Assembly: GCA_037379345.1 (NCBI GenBank)
Contig: CM074518.1
Location: 8,060,001 to 8,124,000, forward strand
Length of the DNA stretch: 64,000 nt
DNA from: Perna viridis
Taxonomy: Eukaryota
Direction: 5' to 3'
Shown: one piece after another, positions 1 through 15,534 of the stretch
How the letters are laid out: the number at the start of each line of letters is the position of its first letter
Numbering within the stretch: the stretch's first letter is position 1
Notes under the pieces: model-generated
Told to the model about the DNA's origin: nothing
Seen by the model: only the letters and a program-made list of their open reading frames with translations
The model's database searches: none
Program-made: the position numbers and the translations under genes

Positions 1-3000
1 CTCTAAACAAGAAACTTCATTGTTTTAACACAAGTCTGATAAACAGTAACATAGACAAGAACAGAGCATTTAGTCAGCCAACAAATGCTTAATCACTTGA
101 TAGTCCATGAGAACATTCTTCCCTGTTATCAAAGACAAATATCCATCATTAAAAAGTATTACAGTCACCAATGTAAACAAAATTCCCTGCATGGAGCCTC
201 TTACTTGTCATTAAAGGGACATTACCTTAACATCAAACAAAGTGACTCTCTGTGGTACTCTTAGGATGAGGAACAATTGGTTGGGGAAAGTTCAGACCTC
301 CATTCCTGCTACTGGCACAATAATGGGAGGGGTAGGGAAAAAGTAACTACATCAACAAACACATTAATAAAGAATAAAACATACTGCAAGAATCCACTAA
401 GACAAAAATATGCACCTCTTTGGAAAACATATGTTAATGTTTTACAAATTTTAGTAAACTGAATGTATCCACAGACTGTGTAATGTCATTGTTCTGTAGT
501 CTATAGGCAGTTACATAACAATAGCTGAGCTGAAACAATCAAATATAAAATATAAAACCCCTGCAGTTATTTCAGAAAACAAAATGCTCATTACAGAAGC
601 ACTGACATAATCATTGTTAAATTGGGGTTAATAGATTGAAACTTTCACTAGCCACATCTGTAACAGTTTAACTTGACAATGGCATGTAAGTTATGTCAGA
701 AAAGACAGAGTTATCTCCCCTGGTTATCTGTTTTATTGCTCAGTCAAGTAGCTGTTGATGGGAAGAAGAGATCTGCATTATAATATACCATACAATTAAA
801 CAGATGCATGGCAGAGGTAATTATTTAACCTATTTATAATGTCACTAGAGTTAATTTTCTGTGTTTATGCTTTATTGTTTTCACATGTCATGACCATCAC
901 CTCCTTCAATGGGGCTTGGCAAGAGGATAGTTCTTAAGGACACGAGGCAGATAGTCTGAATAAAAAAGAGAAATCTGAAATCAAGCAATGGGGTATTAAA
1001 AATCTAGAATTGAAATAACATAAGGATATGACTGAATTCAAACTTTCTGTCTTCTCTTTTTCTGTATCATACACTGGATTCTCCTTAGCTTCCTATGATA
1101 CTGTAGTTATGTATATTCACAATTCCCAAGCTGGCACCAGTGAAAAAACTTTGAATGACAGCAAGAACAACAGTATCCACTAATGAGGCAATTAACAGTT
1201 ACAGAAAAACGAGAAAAAACATAAACAAATTAAAAATCCCAATAAAACATATTGAAGAAAACAGACAATAAAATAAACAAAGAATACATGTGGACAATAT
1301 ACTTAATAGAAACTTTTCTTTTCATCAGAATCTTAGACTTAACAAACAGACAATTATGTTTAATCAAATTATATCCTTGCTACTAAAACTAACACAATTC
1401 TGTTATTAAAGCTATCCTGGCTGTGTATTCTACAAGGGCACCCTGCAGAGACCTAAAATTACTTATAAACAGCCTATAAACCTAAACAGGGCCCTAATAA
1501 CAATCCTCGGCTCCACAAAGGGATCATTAATTATACTGCCATTAGCACTAATTGTATTATCCCCAGACAAAAGGCATTCCTCTCCTGGCGACACACTGGG
1601 ATGTACTTACAACATAAACTTATGAACAGGTTGAATACAAATAAACTTCAGGCTTTAAGCTTACATTGCCCTCTTCTCCCAAAACTCTTGGCAGCTGTTT
1701 GGTTCCATAATTCCCACAGTCACCAAAGAGGTAACAATAAAGGGTAAATGTCATTTCAGGTCATTATAATACTCTGTAGCTTACTTCTCATTCCTATTTC
1801 TACCTAGTGACCCAAGTTTTCTATAGTTACATGATCGTTAACATTTTCAGCTTTTAATTACATTTCAATCCTGTGGGAGCAAAAGTTTTTTCTCCTCTTG
1901 TGATAAAAATACTTCAATTAGCAGCATTTAAAAACTACATATTCTTTCAGTATAAATGTAATAAAATAAATTCATTACTAATGTACAAAGAGAGATAACT
2001 CAATAAAATGGATAAAAATGATGACATAGAAAACTGGTTCACATACAATAAAACTATAGGGAAAAAAATCACCACAAAACAAATTGTAATAAATGCATGG
2101 TTAATGCATATTAAGTGCAAACACAAATTAATTCAATTCTCAAACTATGGTATAATTCAAATGGCCCCAATTTCTCTCCCAACAATACAAATATAACAAA
2201 GCATAGCATTATATTGCAAAATTCTCCCATATGTTTTTGGAAAAGTATTCTAAAGTTCTATTGTGACATCCTATATTCATATTAACAATAACATTTTGAT
2301 ATCTTTTGTTATTTTCTATAATGGTATTCTTATCATGACATTATGAAGCAGAAAGAGAGAGAGGGGGGTATTTTTAGCCATATTTAATGTGCAATAGTCA
2401 TATTTCAACAACAACACAATTACATTTATTTTGAAAAGGAACTATTTCTATAAATGTATAACCATCTATAAAAACAAAAACAAAAAAAAATGGTTTATTC
2501 CAATACATCCCATTCTTTTTTTGAATATTTCCAAATTTCATTTAAGTCACGTTTCTCAATAATCTCCAATGAACCAACACATTGAATATAGAAGACTTGA
2601 CACCTGCATTGCATTTTATTTTCATTACACATAAATGTTAGTAACTTGTACTTCGCCAGTGTGGTTATATGTACCAGTAGAGATATAGTTAAAAGATGTC
2701 CATCATCCAAGTGTTTCCATAGAGGTAGACATAAATATTGATAAATTGTAAAACTTTGTGATAATAGTTACTGTTTTTGTCCTTATTAGGCCTAAAATTT
2801 GTTGTGATGTACTTAAATGTAATGAAATACCTAATTTCTCCACTGGAAGAAAAATGGTTGGCTGCATTTACTTGCAGAGAAATAATGCAGTTTGAATTTC
2901 CATTTTAAAGTTGTTAGGTTTACTATAATGCATGGATCATGCATTATCCAATAATATCTCAAACCATTATCTTTTAATTTGGTTAAAACCTTCCTTCAGT

Positions 3001-5631
3001 AAACAAAATAATCAGCTCGTTTGAATTTTAAAGGGCAATAACTTTCCATAAACACAATTGTAGTTAAGTAATAATAGTGTAAAAACAGGAGAAAAAAAAA
3101 ACAAGTCTCAATTTTCCCTGATGCATCTCAGGAATTCTTAAGTAGCCAAATCCATTCGTAACGATCACAATCAAATAAGAATAATTATTTAAAAGCAAGT
3201 AATTAATACATAAAAAGCATAAAAGAAGGAGACTTTGAACAATTACGCCTGTTAGTTTCTCTGTAATAAGTTTCTATTAGGCTAAATTGCTACAAAGGAC
3301 CATACAGAATTGTTTAGAAAATGAGTGAATAGTAAAAGGCTTTGGCAATCAAAGCTTGCCATAAACCCATTCCTGAGTACTGCAATGTCTCTACAATGGA
3401 GTAAAATGCAATGAAATATCCCACTTTATTGCTCATTGTCTGTTAGCAAGCAGTCTCATTGTTGTCTCTTTATTGTTTCAACATGCCATTACCCGACCAT
3501 CACCCTTTTTCTGTAATACTGGAACATTTAAAGTAATGTCATCAATTTGTGTTTTGTGCAAATTATTTTGAAACTATAAACAAATTCAATTTTCAATTTG
3601 TTCTGCAATTCAAAAGTGGAAACTACAATTTAATTAAATATTATACATTGATTCTAAAGTACAAATAATTCACATTTAAGAACAGTTATCAGACTGGTTT
3701 TAGAAAGCTTCTAACATAAATAAAATTCAAACAGAATTCCCAGCACTACAAAGGCTTTGAACAATAAATATTTTAATTCAAACAAAGCAATAAAGCACAA
3801 TATTAGAAACACTTGACTTTTTAACTCTTGCTTTTCCTTTGATACATTTTCATTTTCCATTTTCTGTTATATTGTTACTTTTAAATGTCTACAATAAGAG
3901 GTAAATAACCCAATGGAAGCATTTCAAACAAGCTTATACAAGATATAATCAGATTTTATACTTCTACTCCATGGCCTTTAATCAAGTGTAAGTCAAAAAT
4001 TCAGCCTCATGCAGGGTTCAGATTCAGTCCGACTTAAAAACAATATCAGTTATCTCCCCTTGATAATGTATTGGATTTTTTTAAGTGTCTAATTGTAACA
4101 GCTCTTTAATCCATAACTAGCCACTGCATAAGGCAATATTGTGACTGATGAAAAATAATAATTGAATAAATAAAAATGACTTTCTTTGCTTTAATTTTTT
4201 TTTAAATAATGATAAACCTAGCAAATAATTTAATGAATTTTATCATCTTATCTTATAATACATCAGCACAAACAGTAGATGTATTACTTTTTAATTTAAA
4301 GGAAATCATAAAAATGTGTACACCACATAACAGTATGTTTAAAGTACACACTTTCTCATATTGACATTCAATACATTACAATTGTCAACTTAAGAAACTT
4401 GATAACTCTACTTGCATTTTCCTTTTTATCTTGTATTTCCTTATACATAATTGAACAGGATCTGCCATATTGAAATAGTACCATGTTTAAATAATGTCTA
4501 AAACTGTTCATTTTCTAAAATTTTTCCCTGATCATAAACTATTTCAATGCCTATAGTATTAAATTCTTTAATATACAAATCAAAATGTTTTAACCTCCCT
4601 CCTTTTTTCTCATAATAAAATACCCATATAAATTTAATTTTCACAACAAAATTTTACAAAAACAGCAAAGACTTTTCCATTTTCTATCTACATTTGTGTT
4701 ATCTATTATGGGATTTAAAAAGTTTAACAATCTAATTATTAAATGTTATATTAAGCTCATCACAAAAAAATCAATTTCTCATTGATTAATACAAGTACCA
4801 GTTACCAATGGAGTAACTCAAATAGCTATTTTTTCATTTTCAATCATTCCCCAGCAAAAGAAATTACATTAACTTAAACTGTCAAACTATGAAACTTTTT
4901 CTCTTGAAAAGTCTAGAAGTTCTAACCCAAAAGAAAAACAAAATCATCATTTCAGCTCATTCCAATGTTAACCCCACCTTAACTTTACTCTACTTACTCA
5001 ATATGTAATAGTCTGTCGCCTAATGCAATCTGACGCTTCAACTGTTGTGGGAATAATATTTATTGAAAACTAAAAAATAACAAATAACTAACAACAAAAG
5101 TTTTTTTGAATTATCATAAAAATTGAAAATACAATACGTATGACATCTATATCAAGTCAATGATGCGAGAATTCAAGTTGCGGTTGGTTGGATTGAGCTT
5201 TATTATTATGAATTAGAAAGCTTTCATTTCTAACTGTGGCTTTTGTACCATGTCGTTAGTTTTATGACTTAAATTATCTTTTATTTGCACGTACATGTTT
5301 GAAAGGGTACTTTTTTGTGTCACAGAGGATTATAAAGATTTCTCATTACCCAATTACACCTCCCAAATGATTAGAAGTGATCATAATTGGAGTATAATTT
5401 CAATAATAAGAGGTATCTATCCCATTGAAGCCTAATTATTGTTCTTCAGTCTCCTAAACTTTAACTATTACAATTTCCAATAGTCCTTGTATTCCAAGTT
5501 AAAGAATAGTGGTGAAATGTTTCAAACTAAACTTCACAGTGTCTTGTTACAGATCTTGGGAGAACATCTGTATTAGTTTAGATAGGAATCAAATAAATAC
5601 TGGTTTTAATAGTACACAAGGACAGGGCACC

Positions 5632-5790
5632 AGTCTACAGTTCGTTAAGATAGCACTAGTATTCCAATTTTAAGTTGGTTTGGGTTCTAGTCTCTAGTTT
5701 GTTAAGACAGCAATAGTATTCTAATCTTAAGTTGGTTTTGGTTCTAATCTCTAGTTTGTTTAGTTTGGGTTCCAGTCTCTAGTTTGTTTT
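5632..5790. repeat. Short tandem duplication (about 56-bp unit, two copies plus partials)
   Basis: agtttgttaagacagcaatagtattctaatcttaagttggttttggttctaatctct repeated with variants. Confidence 0.7.
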
Positions 5791-8700
5791 TACAGGGTTT
5801 CAACTCAGAGTTGGTTATGACAACTTAGATTGTATTTCTTCAACAGAATTTGTCCACTTTTTCTATTATTAAGGCCTCAATTTCAAAATATAAAAATGCT
5901 TATTTTTCAAAATGGTACATTTAGTATTTATCTAAGCCCTTAAGAGAAGATAACCCCAAAGTACACTACTAATTAGTAACTGCACTAAAAGGAACAGAAA
6001 TGGAAAGTTCTGCCTTTTTTTCACCTAACAATACAGTAAAATCCATTGTATCAATTTTCTTCTACCTAAATCCATCCTTAGACATAATGCTAATATTGTA
6101 TTTAAATATTCCCACAGAAAAGAAGAATAGTTTAAGCATTAAACACTAAATACCTAAACAAAACAGCCAAAGGTGGAAAATTAATTGTTTAAATAGGTCT
6201 TTTCTCAACTACAATCACATTAAAATGCTTTATTGAATAACAGTTACCGCCTGCTATCTGGAAACAATCAGTTTGACAATGGTCTCAATTTAACGCACCA
6301 CAAAAATTACTTATCCTAATATTGAAACACTTAAAAATAAACTTTCACTATAAGAACTATTGTAAGTTCAACAGATTTTTCTTGTAGCTTCAATTTGATC
6401 CCTTCAATATTGAAATATTTTTACTTCTATTTAAACCACTATTGTCACATTGAGTTATGTTATAGTACATTTAACTGCAAGCTATGATCAAATCTCATAG
6501 GTTCCTAGGCCCAGTTTGTAACTTTTATGGTAAAAAACCACGAATTTTACAGAAATTTTAAATATCTTTAATTACTGATAAATGCATTGTGACTGATGCA
6601 GTTAACTGCTACACCACTATCATTTAGTATGGAAATACATTTTGTCAAGATCCACTGTTAAATAACATCTTCATTTATCATTTTATTTCAAAACACATAA
6701 AACTTAGCTACAATTTAAAATTCTCCTTTTGTGTTGGGACATTAGGAAAGAATATATTTCAACAGCTCCAGAATATATTTCACAAAAGTGTATCAAACTC
6801 TAGTAAAAGTTGATTTAATGACAAAACAATTTGTTTTTAATGGGGTACTATGACAAATCAATATTCACAAACGTCTTTTGTAATCTTGTTGAAATTTTAT
6901 TTTTCCTTCTTTTCACAATTTAAAGAGACTTCTGCCAACAATATCTGTATACACATACTTTATACTTTTACATAATTGTCGCACTATTCTTAAGAATGGA
7001 ATTTTTATTTCTTGCATTTTTTTATTTCTGAAGCATTTGGATCTTCAAAGGTTTCTTGAACTACAAACAAAACTATTTTTACTATGGAGTCAACTAGCCA
7101 TGTATAGGCTGACTGATTAATATGTTTTCTTATAAAACTGGTGCAGGTTTCACATTAAAAATAGTATATTTCAAAAAGAAAACTGCCATTATAAATACAT
7201 TTTTCATCTTCCATGTTATGTGAGAAAATGTTTTTAAACAATATTTTCTTTACACCCACAAACATACATCAAATCAACCAGATGGGCTTCAAAGACTTTG
7301 AAAATAATAAAAGAACATATTGTTACCAAAAAATAATTCATGGACTACTAATGAAGTCTGTGGACCTATAGCAATAAAGATAGAAAAGGCATGAGTTGTT
7401 TTTCATGAAAACACAACCAAAATTTGGATTTTTAAACATTTATGAGACATAATTTAACGTTTTCCTAAACTACTCCTGATTACTTCAATTCAATACATTA
7501 TTGTAACAAATTCTTGAATATTATTTTCTTTATGAAAGTCAACGGTCTATTATTTTGAAACAAAGCATATATTGGAACATATCAATTGCATTCAGGGACA
7601 TGTGATACATGTACTGGTATGTATTAGCTTTATTTTACTGTATTAGGGTAGTCAAGGACATTTAATAAAGAACATATCTTTTCTGGTCAAATTTGTATTA
7701 TATTGCAATACTTTTATATTGTCTCTCTCTCAGTAAACAAACAATTCCCAAAATAAACTACCAGATTTTTGACAAAGACTTCAACATTTGAGAAATTCAA
7801 GAAATATGCCAATCTAAAGTGTCATCTTCAGATTCAAGGATCACATTTTTCACTTGATGAAAAGTGTCAGGAAATCTTGATAAAATTATATTAAGTCAAC
7901 AAAAAGTCAAAAAAGAACAACAAAATATACTAATGCTATAGATAAAAGAATCATTTTCATTTTAAATCATGATACTTAGATAGAGTTAGAAAGGAACCCC
8001 GGTGGGTTGTAAATGGCCCAGAAATTTACCACAGACAAAACTGGGGTGTGAGATATTGTTCTGATAACCAGATAAAGAGATAGTAAACAGGGACCCAGTT
8101 GGAGAGCAGCAGAATAACTTTAGAAGCATGCTGTCTGCAATGGGTGATTTGCTACTCTGAGTGGACAAGGCCAAAAGATAGGATCTTATTTAGTAACATA
8201 AAAGAAGTGAATTTTTATTTGTAGGAGATCTAACAGAACCAATACCCCTTTATGTGAGATTCAAATCTATATATTTATGTATTTCTTTGAAGAGTACAGA
8301 TGCAAAAATAATAAATTTTCTTTTATTGTTTTGTTCTAAGTTTTTACAATAACAGTTATAAATTCATTCTGAATTCACCCAAAAATCTCATGAAACGACA
8401 GTCTTGGGAATTTGAATAATTTATTTAAAAGAAACCAGTCTTGCATCTGTGAAATAAGAACATACCAAGTTAACCCAGAAAATCTACCTAATTCCTCTTA
8501 TAATTAATGTTACATGTACTGATGAAAACTTGAGGTTGAAGAGGATAGTAAGAGCAACCAAACACTTATATGACCAAGAATATTTGACATGTACCATAGT
8601 CTGCATGCAATACTTTTTTATTATACAGTATTAATAATTCATAATTTGTTCAATCCTATAACCAAAAAATATTCTTAAAATAGATAACAAAAATAATTTA

Positions 8701-9783
8701 AGCCAATTTTAATTGCAATTTGCATAAAAAAATTTTGGAGACAATAGAATTAAAGTGAAAAATCAATCTTGATTATAGAAAAAACCAATACTTATAGTAC
8801 ACAAAGTAAATTTAAAACATCAAAAATTGGAAAGTTGGTTTGTGAACAGCTATTATATAATGATATGGATTGAAAATAATACTTTATCTATTTAATATCT
8901 TTACACCCAACAAATATATTTTTCAAAACCAAAAATAAATCTCCCACAATACAAGTCATATTATGAAAAAAATTATAGTTTTTAAAATGAAGAAAATGAT
9001 TGCATGGAAATTTTAATGTAAATTTCTTTTATCAGCCCATATTTATCATTATTTATAAAACCTTTTAACTTAGTATCAGTTGTAGGCCCATTTAAATGTA
9101 ATTCAAAATTATTATAATATATGAAGTCAAATTGAAGTAAAAGTGCAATTCAAAACATATTAAAATTTCACTAACAATCAGACGGTACAAGTTTAACTAC
9201 ATGTATTTAAGTAGAAGGTGATTGTTTACGAGGAAATATAACAACAATTAGGTTAATGGCCAGAAATAAAAAGTAAGTATAAATTTGTAGAAGAAAATAA
9301 TCATTATACTAAAGTTCCTACCATAAATTCCATTGGAGAAGGTACCATGATCCTCAAACCCTTAGCTGCATGGCATCAAAATTGGTTTCAGCAAACAAAC
9401 ATCAAATATGCCATGAATTTTGATCAATTTTGAACTGCCTGCTCCGTTAAGAAGAACAGATCTTGATCATTTACCTAAAATTACCTTTATCACTTTATTC
9501 AATAAAATAAATTTGTAAGGAATGGTTTGATAACAATACAGCTATTCTCTCGGGATATATTGACAAAAGTTAAACATCTGAATGGGTTTTAGACGATACA
9601 CAAGGATTTAGTGATAACAACAAGAATTGAAATCGATAAATCTGAACTGACAATATAAGATAGGAAGTCATAATTTTAATCCAAAAATTACTGATTACAC
9701 AATTTGAGTTAGGACTTTCAATCCAACTCATACAATATGATTAAAAAAAATTGTGGTTGAAATGAAATAAAAATTTGTCTTAC

Positions 9784-9811
9784 CCATGATTGTGTTTAAA
9801 ATCCACTTCAT
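9784..9811 (-). other. Candidate short first coding exon of a minus-strand host gene (MKWILNTIM-G|gtaaga)
   Basis: ATG at 9811, nine codons plus one nt, then a consensus donor GTAAGA (9783-9778). It lies just downstream of a CpG-retaining block with a GC box (ccgccc near 9923). No homology evidence. Confidence 0.25.
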
Positions 9812-12800
9812 CTTTCTATCAACTAAACCTCGGTTCTTCAGCTGAACAGGGATGTTCACCAATAAATGCTCCCTAATTACAGACTATTGCTAAGTGTCAT
9901 TTACAAGTTTTCTTCACTTCTCCGCCCCAATATCCGATACCCGACACAGCAAATGTGGCTCGATATTGTATGGATATTTCACAGTCACCCTCAAGTCAAA
10001 AATAGAAAGGAGACCCTTTAAGTAAACTTCAAACAAAATGTTAGCCTATATGGTATATAATAGTGTCGTAATACCTATTGTTCTCCTAAACCAGTGGACT
10101 TAAGTTAGACACTTTACTTGCGTTACTTGATATGATTTTAATTGACCAAAATTTTTCAGTTAACCACTTAGAAAAACATGTAAATAAATTAGCTAAGTGA
10201 AAATGATTGGCTTTAAAAGGCAAAGGATTGATTCGGGACAGAATGAGTGGCCAATTTATTACATTTAAATTTGGGAGTATTAACGATAAGATTCTACCTT
10301 TTGTAAGAACAAGCGATACTTATTCCAAAGTTCATCGCTATAGATAACAATACACACAAAACAATTCCAATTTAAAAAAAAAAATCCAACAAATAATACA
10401 AAAAAGAATTAATTACACCTAGGTCAAGGGTTAAGGTGGTCGTTACCATTAATTTTCTAATTCAAAGAATAAGTTGTCAATTCATTAGAGTAAATTATAG
10501 TTTGTCGAAACTTTGGGACTTTCATAGCACAATACAGCTGTTATAATATTCATTTGTCAATTGGTACTGAATAAAACAGTCAACACAGAGATCCATTGTC
10601 GCATTTAGACCATCACAAATTATAATATTTAATGTGTCCTTGGTCGGCATAGGATCTATACACTGCACCCACGTCATTATTGTAGTCCAACATCAAAGTG
10701 TGCTGACAACACACCCATGTATGAAACAGCATAGCTATTATATATCACAAGGTATAACAATGTCAGAATTACGTCTTACTGAAATTGTCACAGAAGACAG
10801 TGTAATGTGAATGAAGACAAAATTTGATTGGGCCATGATTTACAGGATGGTCTAAATTATAACTACATGTAAAACATGTATAGATAAAAATATTGTAGGC
10901 CTAAAGAATAAACATCTTTCCAATCAAAAAACCGCCACAGAACCAGGATGTCAGAGGGAAACATGACATGCAATTACTGTTTTTTTATGTAAATATCTAT
11001 AAGTTTCCTAATTTTCCAGAATTATGTATTTACAAAAAACAAGGGTAAATACAAGAAAAAAGATAAATAACTGTAATTAACACATAAAACATTTCAATAA
11101 TTTTATTTTCCTTTGTAAAGAATTAGAATCAAATTGTGCTGTTTTAAAGACATCTACAAAAGATCAACGGTTCAATTAACATCCTCTGAGATATTTTACT
11201 GACCTACATACAGACAGACAGACAAAAAGATGAACCTTGCCAAAATTTAAATTGAAGGAGTACAATAATAGTTATTACCAATTTAAATTAAGAGAACAAA
11301 AATACCAAAATTAACAAGTTCCTCATTCAGCAATACAAAAAAGTTAGAATAAGATAGGCAAAAATGATCTTGACTTTTGACCTTTCTGTTTAATTTCTGT
11401 CATATTAACAAGAGACAGAGTCACAATACCAGCTAACATGATGATGCAATTCAGTCTAGCATGCACATAAAAGGGAGAGCAGTTAAATGGTAGCGTGTGA
11501 AAGACCAGCGACAAATCTTTTACAATAAATGTAAATGGAATTAGTCAATTGTATAAATACAATACAAACTGATTAATACTTCAAACCAACAAAAATCCCT
11601 CAAATTACTAGCACTGAAATTCCGATACAGAACTCATTCATGCGAGAGTTTTGCATCATTATCCATTGTTTAGTGCCTTGATATGTTTTGTGATTTATTC
11701 CCATTGTACTATATGCCAAATCTGGACACAATATCATCCGTTAGATTTTTACAGCGGAATGAATTTATTGTTAACTGAGTCAGGCTACATTATACAATGT
11801 TGAAATAAACTAAATTACGAGACATCTTTATGACGATTCTTCATTGCTGGTTTTTATACACTGATGTATGTCAGAGAAGAGATTACTATATTACTGATAA
11901 TAATACATCAAACTCTCTGGGTTTTTCTTGCCTTTCTCAATATAATGCTTACTTACTTAATCTATTACATAAGAATAGACAGATGTGAGGAAAATGGTTC
12001 ATTTTACATCGTTTTTCTGAAATTTATAAACAAGAATCAAAATAGTAAGGTGAAAAAAACAAACTGCTGTTTTTACTTTAGGAACATACAAAACAAAAAC
12101 ATTAATCACATGCACCATAAAAATGGTTGTTTTGGTTGGAGTAAAATTTCATGGTTTTGTTGATAAATTGTAGCCCAAAATTCTACATGGTTTTTACCTT
12201 CTTGAATGCATGCATGTATATGTACATATTTTTTACCCAATTATAAGCATAGTGCATAATTATGAAGAATTTTTTAGAATTCAATTTCATGGGCAGGAAC
12301 TAAGACAACACAAACCAGCAATGATAGCAGATACCACAAATAACATACAGTTACTGGAGAGGAAAATAAACACTGTAGAATCCACCAAAAACTCAGCATG
12401 AACTAGAAGCAGTAATAAGGAAGTAGTTTCACGGTTTATGGGGTAGTAAAGCTCCCAAGCTAAAGAAGATCTTTTGGAAACCTTAGCACTTTCTGGTCTC
12501 AACCTACAATGGTTTCTCTAGCCTCTACCTAAGCACTTTAATTACAGTAGTATTGGGCCAAGTGATTTATGCAGCTCTTAACCAGTCACAATGTCCCTGG
12601 TATAACCAAGCTTAGTAGTGGAGAGATACAGAAAATGTCAGTGAGTCGGTGAACATGACAGAAAATTAAACATTGCACTGTAAAGTCTAACAAACCAAAT
12701 CTGAGATAAACAAAAATAGGTCCGACTTTATCCATACCCTGTAATGTATAGTGCTGTATTTATTTTCTTACCAAATCAAGCATAATATTTGGGCAAATCA

Positions 12801-13173
12801 CTCAAAAATGATTTGTTTGCAATGTTTACCCGGTCATTTTTTGTTGATGACCAAAGGAACAGTGCCATACTCAAATTCAAGTTTTTTTCCTATGATTCTC
12901 ATTGGCTAATCAAAGTTCAGGTGTTCCCTGGCTTTATCTTGGAACAATGAAAAAGTTTAATGTAGCATGATCAGACCACAATCAACAATCCTGCAATTCA
13001 CTTCTCTTGAAGAAGGGTTATGCGGACATTTTAATGGTTCATATTGACAAAACATTTGTCTGCTGTTCATTTGAGGAACAGTTAAATCATTACCCCTTGA
13101 TACATACTATTATATTCGGCATTGCCTCTGTCAATAGTACATACCTGGGTTAATAAGTTTACTGATCCACTTA

Positions 13174-13362
13174 CTGTAAATGTACTAATTTTCACTAATT
13201 TTGCGATGGGCAGAAAACTGCCAAATATAATACCAGCAAAATTGATTTTAACACTATATAATGCTCAACTTTTTTTGAAACCTCGAAAATTGATACCCGC
13301 AAATATGTTCACTTGACAGAATCTGTGATAATTAGTAACCGCGGAAATTAATATATTTACAG
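13174..13362. mobile_element. Tc1/mariner-type MITE with TA target duplication
   Basis: TA|CTGTAAATGTACTAATTT ... AAATTAATATATTTACAG|TA, with TIRs matching 16/18. Confidence 0.75.
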
Positions 13363-14420
13363 TATAACCACCATAAATGTCCTCACAGTAAATGGTGAGC
13401 CCTTAGATCTTTCTAACCAGATACTGACTACAGGCTCTAACCCTACAGATCTATCTAAGGTTTGTGTAGAAGCATCTACTGCATTGTTCATATATGTTGA
13501 ACTTTAGTGCATGATATAAGACAACTAAAAAGATAGAGATCAGACCTGCGATCATCATAGATAACTGTAGACTTTTAAAAGCATTGATTCTTCCAATATC
13601 AGAGCAGGATATTTCCTGTGTTACTGCACGTTTTTCACTCACAATCTATGATCTAACTGCAAGAACATTTTACCAAAGTACAAAACTTTATTCCAATACA
13701 TAGTTAAGAACAAAACACCATTATCCGATAAGTATAACAAAAAACTGAATTTGCCTTTATCATTATATTAAAAGTCATTATTCACTGGAGGTTAGAGGGA
13801 GATGACAATCACGTCAACACCAAACCCCACATACTTTCCTTATCTTTAAAATAAAAACTTCCATAATGAATAGACTGATTACGCAATGCTTCTTCATCTT
13901 ATGTCATAAAGTCATTATAACTTTGTCAAGGGACACAATCCACCCACAATGGCACTTGGCTCCTGGCACCTGCAGAAATGTGCGAGCACAAGTTATTTTC
14001 AAGTATCTGAAAGAATCACTGTTTCAATTTCATGCACCTGTAAATTTCATTTGTCTCTAATTCTTTGGTAATTGATTGTTGACTTTTTTCTTATAGCATA
14101 ACAGATGTTCATTGTGTGAGAGAACTCTAAAAACTTTGACAGCAAGATAAAAGAACCGATATCAGAATTATTTCACATCCAGAAGGATTTAAATTACCAT
14201 TGGATTGATGGTTCCTTCTGCAAGTAATTTTAAGGAAGGAGGATCAAAAGATTTATTAGAGCAAGAATTATGAATTTTTTGTAGCAAATCATATCAAGAA
14301 AGTAAGAAGTCTTGCAGGTTGTTTTCACATATGGCCTTGGAACTATAATGTGAGAGAAATTCTTTAGTACATATATAACCTATAACAATAAGGTTGTCAT
14401 TACATCATGCAGTCAAAATC

Positions 14421-15370
14421 AAAACCAGTATCAATGTACACTCAAATCACATTCAAAACCAGTATCAATGTACACTCAAATCACATTCAAAACCAGTATC
14501 AATGAACACTCAAATCACATTCAAAACCAGTATCAATGTACACTCAAATCACTTTCAAAACCAGTATCAATGTACACTCAAATCACTTTCAAAACCAGTA
14601 TCAATGTACACTCAAATCACTTTCAAAACCAGTATCAATGTACACTCAAATCACATTCAAAACCAGTATCAATGTACACTCAAATCACATTCAAAACCAG
14701 TATCAATGTACACTCAAATCACATTCAAAACCAGTATCAATGAACACTCAAATCACTTTCAAAACCAGTATCAATGTACACTCAAATCACATTCAAAACC
14801 AGTATCAATGTACACTCAAATCACATTCAAAACCAGTATCAATGCACACTCAAATTACTTTACAGTATCAATGTACATGCAAATCACTTTCAAAATCAGT
14901 ATCAATGTACAGTCAAATCAAATTAAAAAACCAGTATCAATGTACACTCAAATCACTTTACAGTATCAATGTACACTCAAATCACTTTCAAAACCAGTAT
15001 CAATGTACAGTCAAATCAAATTAAAAAACCAGTATCAATGTACACTCAAATCACTTTCAAAACCAGTATCAATGTACACTCAAATAAAATTAAAAAAACA
15101 GTATCAATGTACATTCAAATCACATAAAAAACCAGTAACAATGAACACTCAAATCACAGTGAAAACTAGTATAAATGTACACTCCAATTACAGTCAAAGC
15201 TAGTATCAATGTACATTCAAATCACAGTCAATGCCAATATCAATGGTCACTGAAATTAGTCAAAGACCAGTATCAATGACCACTAAAATCACAGCCAAAA
15301 CCAGTGTTAATGGACACTCAAGTCTCATTCTGCAAAAAACTAGTATCATTTGAGACTCAAATCATAGTCT
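14421..15370. repeat. 34-bp minisatellite (about 28 copies, degenerating 3')
   Basis: Unit aaaaccagtatcaatgtacactcaaatcacattc. It accounts for the three overlapping ORFs at 14394-15203. Confidence 0.95.
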
Positions 15371-15534
15371 GTAAAGACCAATATCATTTTAGTCTGAAAT
15401 TACAGTCTGTCACACAGTCTGTCAAAACCATTATATTCAAATCACAATGTTATTCCACACAATTATCATCATATTCTTAAGATGCTTTTTTCAAGAGCTT
15501 GATCAGTTTATATATGTAGAACTTGGTAATCTCA

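Noticed and set aside
870-3505. ~35-bp similarity between 870-903 and 3468-3505
   Set aside because: Short, gapped and AT-rich, so it cannot be distinguished from chance or an old repeat fragment.
14394-15203. 269-, 162- and 91-aa ORFs
   Set aside because: The same periodic peptide appears in all three frames, so they are translations of the 34-bp repeat.
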